Shown here: piece by piece, positions 60,901 through 64,000 of the stretch
How positions within the stretch are numbered: the stretch's first letter is position 1
Layout: each line of letters starts with the position of its first letter
Assembly (NCBI GenBank): GCA_001643675.2
Contig: LSRY02000006.1
Coordinates: 496,001 to 560,000, forward strand
Direction of reading: 5' to 3'
Source of the DNA: Monocercomonoides exilis PA203
Lineage: Eukaryota; Protista; Preaxostyla
DNA: 64,000 bases
Translations under genes and position numbers: made by a program
Notes under the pieces: generated by a model
The model's input: the letters and a program-made list of their open reading frames with translations, nothing else
Told to the model about the DNA's origin: nothing
Database searches by the model: none

Positions 60901-61298
60901 ATGACTTCAAGAAAGAGTGCCTGAGGTGGAAGGCACCTGAGCTGCTGATGAACAAGAAGATGGGGGCAACCAAGGAGTCGGTGGCATTCTCGATCGGGAT
61001 GATGCTGTGGGAGTGCCTGACGCTCCAGATTCCGTTTGGTGATTATGAGGCAGAGGTGGCAGGGCAGAAGATTGTGAATGGGGAGAGACTGGAACTGAGG
61101 AGCATTGAAACTTCTCAGTTTTTGCGAGTTGTGAAGTGCTGTGTGGCATGGAAAGCAGAAGACAGGCCATCGCTGACTGAGCTTCGGAAGGAGTTTATCT
61201 GTTTTTTTCCAGCAGGCGCAACAATGCTGACGATTACAGATGCAATCAGAATTGAGAAATCGAGCGATGGGAACGAAGGATATACAAGAAACAAATGA
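48918..61298 (+). CDS. Giant single-pass receptor-pseudokinase, 4,126 aa (8 Cys-rich beta-helix-like modules, TM, degenerate kinase)
   Basis: Uninterrupted 12.4-kb ORF; an alternative start is ATG 48972. It has eight D/N-x3-CG-x(5-7)-C motifs plus GGAI/FxxN and GK(N/D)(V/I)F motifs. TM ALIVVIFSVLFLIVLIVSIIMTI is followed by RWRK. Kinase remnants: LRWKAPELL, FSIGMMLWECLTLQIPF and RPSL. Confidence 0.9.
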   Translation: MGNKSKRKFNNYCCKITCMSWLLFLHVDLFFQFCFTLFSEQKSRNIENPNSFVYPSLQNIGCIYQCNNKNTANEKTCEAYFSYELPHIFEQKPSSLLISTNAINSSVQFETVAISQHSNSSIVISRRLSRTSLKHCILFHSREKKNALFTCDESELLLESISLQFSSVSNSLYFVSSSFPVSSSSPSLSCCPCIISISDSILSSAEILNAPLLCTESDTQASLKSCLFSNITELYDRNEAKHKNGLYSTSFSSCVFSSVEDAFNDGISCSINSPSSKNFASSNSTFSKCCRTKNEPTRYNTSQRYFIGEVSFVNSLFEKCIANDNVNIRGGGIFCAGSSLTLSVVNCSFFSCDAKQDGGAIYVTNSNLKSISNCYFENNTASFGGGTYFTSMTDTVVIEKCTYFGNIARSWGHDIRFYQMQSLINNAIIESCLFIGRNTSTNGSNYFDPAPKNLYYSNCYWSDFHSNLGSAALFMDCHESWVSTPPRFLFLFFHNNTSGGNHGHDCWLNSSFNITNPFAYSFSTTPAKRMYFMETSESKEFNSWIPQGTMIYSKTGGADTEGCGLSALSTPCNSLEYSLSRLQELRTGLVNMLQAIFQPEVLNIGEMTVTMKGDGKDVTVISTSQVSQSASSVIVLSSGSLCLTNVSVEIEPPSSSLTVPYSLAALTHPQGRIQLDNILISGSEANNNVVHSVSLLDVQNGYLGLSSCMISEIAVDSLPLIAFQAPDQLGMKNVLMASISRKSGNGGIMEMEVDEQEIVSFDNVTFMNCSCQQGNGGAMFVALKTSSMFTVGQDVAVDFNECCVPTDDQSKGKGGALYIKVCSDEPLFILNTLSFERCNAWKGKNVFVEAVNLRTCVNENTIKFERDGMLEDDLMGFENNDPSHLIPLRLYLSGTFVPPVHVGGPNNRDFSGCGYVSYPCSTLKHSVSLRFSAADRLLSLHSQFAWNEEMTLDGFAWNICCEQENTSISFKPVAPVEGDGFIACASSSLFQNICFTLCHQPEFSFRSLLVGLGPSLSIADCSLKMENDDSVLTNSFAEIRKGTFSISNFHIQQLTADLSSPAPSALICVSEDEASIDAKGLICKQLIMRNKGDFLRLSSGKSSEIKNSVFEGGSYADGCCVQWTNGQTLKVRNTSFASEIRTSGNGSCINVKGASENFKSMMITNCSFDSCSVQEDESCGGAICGMEDAKCGLTVSDCIFHSCTAPEGLLGKGYGGGICLYCSSESDDLFSIASPVSSLEYPNSAAIGKDLFIQSPSLTNTLTNKTLTFVAGSADLTDDSMRGYDGADKVHAIPLVYFYRVITNEVCASETGQDVAPCGFGTYPCRSVSFSFKRQNGSKSNVVLSPLFTLAESVVADGEKTYTIGGVAERSVVIVQGAKSPEAGLFCSSISLGFSVIINSIAFKLPTTIQTHSSLMHHKGSGNMHVENCEFEPQEAVESHSFSLIAAESGDITISDCSFKNIAFVAACIASCSGSSQTLIDKATITNATTLTGSSLITATTSTAELTVRDSSFTSVAKSNCVAIQTAFIQALTLNNTDIENIERSSNNGGAVECTVGNGGSVVIEGGSMKKCVCEGWNGGGLHISVEAGGNVQVGNTSSAETAIEECSSKENGGKGGYGGGILLLLSEGAQNVIIKNVLFTLCSAPKGGSNIFMEAPVLENVAKATVLAHSFNSSVEDMPVFGELGGFDGSNKRDVIPLVLFFRRLSSTAHVSGTGIDYYKCGYADFPCLTIPFSESLMKESSGVILVESSFNIKDKIELKTKNMSIKAKESRSEIRVGAGGGGSSGGMIETSKEVNIEQISFVHPSSLGEAISFLFMCLNERLCFSDCQVEMEAASGLTCSFSLIGVLGGELKCEHFSVLNSRYGSVEMIVLDGSGTNNAVKCNMNDVNFTDITSRSEKGMMSVKSVQEFGMENSKVQNTNQMNCPFFSFEGTANITMKNSTFSEISRQNGFGGLMNGRVNEKEKIEITNCTMDICNSTSEDMCGGCVHVDVGDYGTFLFDGNVATRCKVFGDRGFGGGLYIILNTLKSKYSLKMIEFSGNEAKRGKNIYIVCPTPREAIKPTLFDKSADENMEEEELWVYDTSGSMPDGESLRRYLFASDAEIIFLDTTNGTDSPECGTDLYPCQTMDAGFTKMTDNQSTLHIQGSTELNRDVNRAGKSLTVRGKAGHSTLNIETNGHFWLSEGSKTHSLIFNNIRFALLEQSGRSELINAQAGTLFLKDCIFDESERSDTKIKYWLLECRRAEASFTTVIINTLSFEESVGIARVTEGIIEMEDVNISDVSSKGNGLIQGCEGSDLLLRNIKAESCVVENGQVVSVSGKASLSITKNSELGTCENLNGNGGAVSVKGCANEEFIFANISLQSCTVDEMEMKGGGFFFEFTEQYSRTFSVMDCSFGSNKAKFGKDAFISCFDLNNTVTSERFARLSGDGENGTVEMMGTDNVNFKNENVNLMLFLVQGKFEVVKVSPTGLDVLGCGSSEHPCQSLWRGFQNLVPETRERQIRINGSATVNDSYDLHSFLTISSSTDKTAELLINSKIERREGTSVFSSTMSLALHSISLLMPQAFENGQTVVFESNAPSGMLDFQSSSFNVEREGEIAYQLVHMASGSLSLFNCSISIFRFFQTPFVACGSVQLSNCNISKVCTSGSVEGGALRVCLTNSNNAAINETTACKCTCEAKEGMGGFMFLNSTDSLEEKPLSIISSVFEANEAALGKNIFVQASDLNTTVTEDVFAFDYEQLKDNPDLFVGSDRYQNNVDLFVFLIRFKSDTVFVSSSGFDVKRCGSEFIACRSFWKGFGQIDQAKQEKVMLIDKAAAVTDQYDVSNFTIKSSVKMALEEASSLLFETKNESNEICFFSNAHKLSVIDLALKMRKVEEGSSVRVIKNIQGILSLEDCSFETSADNAGASFRADVLFVMMNSGELFVKKLKVKAIVRKDLFYISSGCLCNFDGMDVKELSSDCGCVVNVEQQERNANAEQAYISMNGSLFSSVVRSDDGSCVVKSSSNVPLSLDINSSTFEFCRSPESEKGGAIFVNLASDGVFKLSGSNVVQCGCSSSAGRGGGVYLCAKEEGSLKFVFKNSSFDSNSAKTGKDIFIECRDISAQVNESQFAMDLREGYYNRVNAIWGIDDKHQSEIDLMDFIVVYQSSMIFVSSANNKNGENSRKCGTTKVPCLSLGYGLSHVVTDDVPMLVIDTECVLQEEVDLTDVSMRPRSYEGGRIVLVGGIAPTRNSLMRAWERVKIEMLNITLPFSNSFAHLCLLEISSGIFEMSRSVVSTSDESKHAKAECVFLCSDGECVLFDVTVSLLDCSCVAECSGGALNCSSLLLASLDVSQNCLQISGSSGNCTFANISARDIQLDDGYVIAVSSQFHQQNSIATEFRKHLSIFLGSLSAITGKSDHSGAIYVEGSSHQIEMNSLSVENISSKANIGSHASFSHCSDISIESCLFNGDKSLRNSNAPMNEKTNICKWNGSLVDFSDCTAKIKDSSIANSSEGGLSVSGGETVIDAGLFVNNNPSIGKYSSARRNILCSDSAQLNIMSLKGGDGVYPNSSMWILNEGCTLMGIVEERASPLFIPTLRRVETEEKERVLDVVFRGTLLLPCNLSFRVVSSVGDVEQVETHEISESGFVSEEEVHGTTGLEMVRGAEASAEVSVCILFGDGHSPSATESFILKNRSETDPKGDERIVEGGKEGKFSWALIVVIFSVLFLIVLIVSIIMTIRWRKARNEAEDLREIVNENIRKDPKAFEMVTMEMSPEEQWRRAEREAEKKNDERIKKRIYDTNMQHSESSEHLLSESGSTEYILGRDSDKIPQWMLEKDEEEETRKRTPSPSISSTSTTDSDSTFVRSESLCPTTSSMSNLVDAMACSSPHEKLIVDLRDSLFMLLHGRNKTKEMAIGTLQEREQTAAQILFWVANGALHSFDEMENGLSSLANLSPHIVLFSEHMVICIVMHSDLLSDDDSDSSSISSSTVVTSASDDDDDEDSLPSSAFEDEDDFKKECLRWKAPELLMNKKMGATKESVAFSIGMMLWECLTLQIPFGDYEAEVAGQKIVNGERLELRSIETSQFLRVVKCCVAWKAEDRPSLTELRKEFICFFPAGATMLTITDAIRIEKSSDGNEGYTRNK

Positions 61299-61988
61299 AC
61301 TGTGAAATCAAATGACTGGAAAGGTTGATGAGGGAAAGAGAAGGAATCGAAGAATTGATTGGGAAATGTTTTGTATCTTTAATATTATTTTTGAATGAAT
61401 AGAGAAAGGGTTGTTCCGATAAAATGATAACAAGCAGTTTGTTCATCTGAATAAACATTTTGTTTTGATGTATGTATATTCGTATGAAAATTGTGTTGAA
61501 TTTGGCTCAGTTGAGGGTTAGTAAATATTCATAAATAATTTTTTATTTAATTTTTATTTTTATTTTTTATTTTTGATTCAGCTTTATGGATTTGATTCCA
61601 CTCAAAAGAAAGAAATTTTTGATAATCGTGAAAATATCCTTCATGAAGTTGAAACATGTAATATATAATTTTTTTCTTTAAAGAAGTGAAAAATAAACTT
61701 ATTACACACAAGAAGAATTGTTATTTGGAATGAAAAAAATACTAATTTCTATATTTTTTAATGTTTTTGAATATATTGAAAATTATTATTAATACATTGA
61801 AATGAATGAGTAAATGACAAAAAAAGCCAATAAGTATTCAACAAAGATTTCAACAAAAAAGTTATCATATAATAGAAAAATAACAAGAAAAAAATGGTCT
61901 TCAAAAATAAAACTTCTCAATTGTAAAATTTTTAAAAAGGATATCAGGAATGAATAAGTGCGAATGAACTGATATTGACCCATATTTT

Positions 61989-63998
61989 CTATTGAGGATG
62001 CTTGTCTTCATGGGTTGATTGAATATGCGATGAGTGTAGAGTTATCGAATTGGTACGATGCTGAGTCGAAGAAGATGAAGCAGGCGCAGATGCAACTGCA
62101 GTTGAAGTTGTAGCTGAAGCTGAAGCTGAAGTGGTGTTGTAAGTTGGAGATGTAATCGAATTAGCATCTGCGGTGGTCTTTGATGATGGCTCAGCAGCAG
62201 TAATTGCAGCTGTTGATGAAAGTGAGGATGAGCTTTTGCATTGCGATGAAAGTGCTTTTTCTTCAGAAGAAAGAAACTCTTCAATGCGAGACTGTTCAAA
62301 GGAAGGGGAAACTGTTGTAATATTTCTTGAAGGCAAAGTTGTCTCAGTAAAAAGTGACGGCGATATAAAATTTGGGGAAGATAAACAAGATGTTTCAAAG
62401 GCAGTTGTTAAAGGAGAATTTTTAACAAAAGAATTCGAGGAAGATGCAGGTACAGAAATTTGGGTCGTTTGCAGTTGTGGAGAATGAGAAGATCCAATAG
62501 ATCTGAAAGGCGGGGTTGAAGAATCGGCGCTTTGAAAATGTTCGGGGATCACTGCTTGAGACAAAGCATTGGAAGAAGCATCTGCAGGAAGAGGCAGAGA
62601 AAATGAAGGTGTGTGGAATGGATGGAAAGAAGCAGTTGAAAAGCACGAAGAATGAATTGAATGCAATGGAACTGCAGAAGTTGACAAAGATGGAAGTTGT
62701 TCGTTCGGAAAACTCTGCTTTGATGAAGAATTAGCAAAGGTTATCAAAGCAACGGGCTTCGATGCATTGCTTTTGCCTGCTTGGGCAACTGCCCCTTCAT
62801 TGTTGCTGACCCCAACAAATCTCTTTTCAGCATTTGTCTTTTCAGTATTGAGTTCTTGCTCATTTAATTTGGACAGTTCATTGCGAAAATCTGCTCCTTC
62901 TTTTTTGGTGTGCATTTTTTCTTCTCTTTTCACAACTGCCTCGCTCCATCTATTGCGCATGACTTTTGGTAATTGTTGATTCATTTTATTTTCTTCCTCA
63001 AAGCATGCCATCTCATCTTCTTTAAAGTTAACAGAATTTTTGTTTGGACGTTGAGATGTTGAAAGAGCCAGATCACTTTTAAAACTTGATTCATTCGGGT
63101 TAGCTTTTTGCAAGAAATTAAGAGGAAGTTTTTTATTATCTTTAACCGTTTCTGTGGGGCCTGATTCAAAAAAGCACTCATAATTTCTTTCATTGTTTCT
63201 CTCAGGAAATTTGGATTTATCGAAATTCGCACAGAAATCTCCATAATCTCTTGAACATAAACGTGGAGGGTTGTATGCTGGAGATTCTGAAGAAAGCGAA
63301 GATTGCAACGAGAAAATGGGATGAAGAGGCAAAGGCGATGAAGGAGGAGGTGAAAGAGGGAGCAGCAGAGTTGAATAATTCTGTTGAGGAAAATCAGGCG
63401 CCAGCATAGTTTGTTGACTACAAGAAGAAAACTGAGATAATTTTGAAGACTGTGAAAATGAAGTTGCTTGTGGAGTAGTAAAGCCGAGGGATATTCGAGA
63501 ACGACAAGGAGATGTTAATGAGGAAGAATCATCAGCTCCGCTTATGCATTGATCGATTTGCATTGAAAGCTTCAAAGAATTGCATTTATTGGAATTGCAG
63601 GCAAGATTTATCGATTGAGAAACATGTTCATCTTTACAGCTACAGCTAATTAAGCATCCGCTTCGTTCAACATTTGAGCCTCTTTTTAAAATTGTACCAT
63701 CTGACCGAGCTCTGAATTGCAATTTATGAACCAACGGATAAATAGAACCTAAGTGATAACTAAAGTGATTGCCGTTTTGATTGTGTGCTGTCGCTTGAGT
63801 GATTGATTGAATGCGTTCAATGCCAATTGTCGCTGGACGTGTTGCTGTTTGATGAAAGAACCGAGTAATTGTTTTGAAATTCTCTTTGGATTCCAAATCA
63901 GTTAAAGAAGTTAAAGAGGAAAAATGATGTTCGAAATTTGATTGGGTTGGAAAAATTATTGAAAAATCAAGAAAGCTTGATGGCTCTTCCAAAGAGGC
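61989..63998 (-). CDS. Hypothetical Ser/Thr-rich protein, 5'-truncated by the window edge
   Basis: The frame stays open to the window end (the TTG at 63992 is not a true start). Stop TAG at 61989-61991. No recognisable domain. Confidence 0.7.
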   Translation of the reverse strand, partial: ASLEEPSSFLDFSIIFPTQSNFEHHFSSLTSLTDLESKENFKTITRFFHQTATRPATIGIERIQSITQATAHNQNGNHFSYHLGSIYPLVHKLQFRARSDGTILKRGSNVERSGCLISCSCKDEHVSQSINLACNSNKCNSLKLSMQIDQCISGADDSSSLTSPCRSRISLGFTTPQATSFSQSSKLSQFSSCSQQTMLAPDFPQQNYSTLLLPLSPPPSSPLPLHPIFSLQSSLSSESPAYNPPRLCSRDYGDFCANFDKSKFPERNNERNYECFFESGPTETVKDNKKLPLNFLQKANPNESSFKSDLALSTSQRPNKNSVNFKEDEMACFEEENKMNQQLPKVMRNRWSEAVVKREEKMHTKKEGADFRNELSKLNEQELNTEKTNAEKRFVGVSNNEGAVAQAGKSNASKPVALITFANSSSKQSFPNEQLPSLSTSAVPLHSIHSSCFSTASFHPFHTPSFSLPLPADASSNALSQAVIPEHFQSADSSTPPFRSIGSSHSPQLQTTQISVPASSSNSFVKNSPLTTAFETSCLSSPNFISPSLFTETTLPSRNITTVSPSFEQSRIEEFLSSEEKALSSQCKSSSSLSSTAAITAAEPSSKTTADANSITSPTYNTTSASASATTSTAVASAPASSSSTQHRTNSITLHSSHIQSTHEDKHPQ

Positions 63999-64000
63999 GA

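Noticed and set aside
1-64000. tRNA/rRNA genes and prokaryotic defence systems
   Set aside because: None were recognised by eye; the window is intron-containing eukaryotic DNA. tRNAscan/Infernal were not run.

Overview
This is AT-rich eukaryotic (protist) genomic DNA with short spliceosomal introns and the standard genetic code. Its gene families point to an oxymonad such as Monocercomonoides (inference). Hand-spliced housekeeping genes: a bacterial-type maltose O-acetyltransferase with 3 introns, cornichon, a tau-tubulin kinase (CK1 group) with a ~4,600-aa low-complexity tail, eIF5A, and zeta-COP (with a GC-AG intron). There are two giant paralogous surface receptor-pseudokinases (Cys-rich beta-helix-like repeats + TM + dead kinase). 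One is intact (4,126 aa); the other is broken only by four in-frame stops, and the two share patchy near-identical blocks. A helical-repeat family gene is disrupted by a clean 55-bp in-frame micro-inversion. The intergenic DNA holds a decayed, intron-containing pogo/Fot1-like DD35D transposon, a TA-flanked MITE, and several ~360-380-bp fully palindromic elements. At two loci these palindromes appear nested inside an older palindrome family. Both edge ORFs are truncated Ser-rich hypothetical proteins. All alignments were done by eye.
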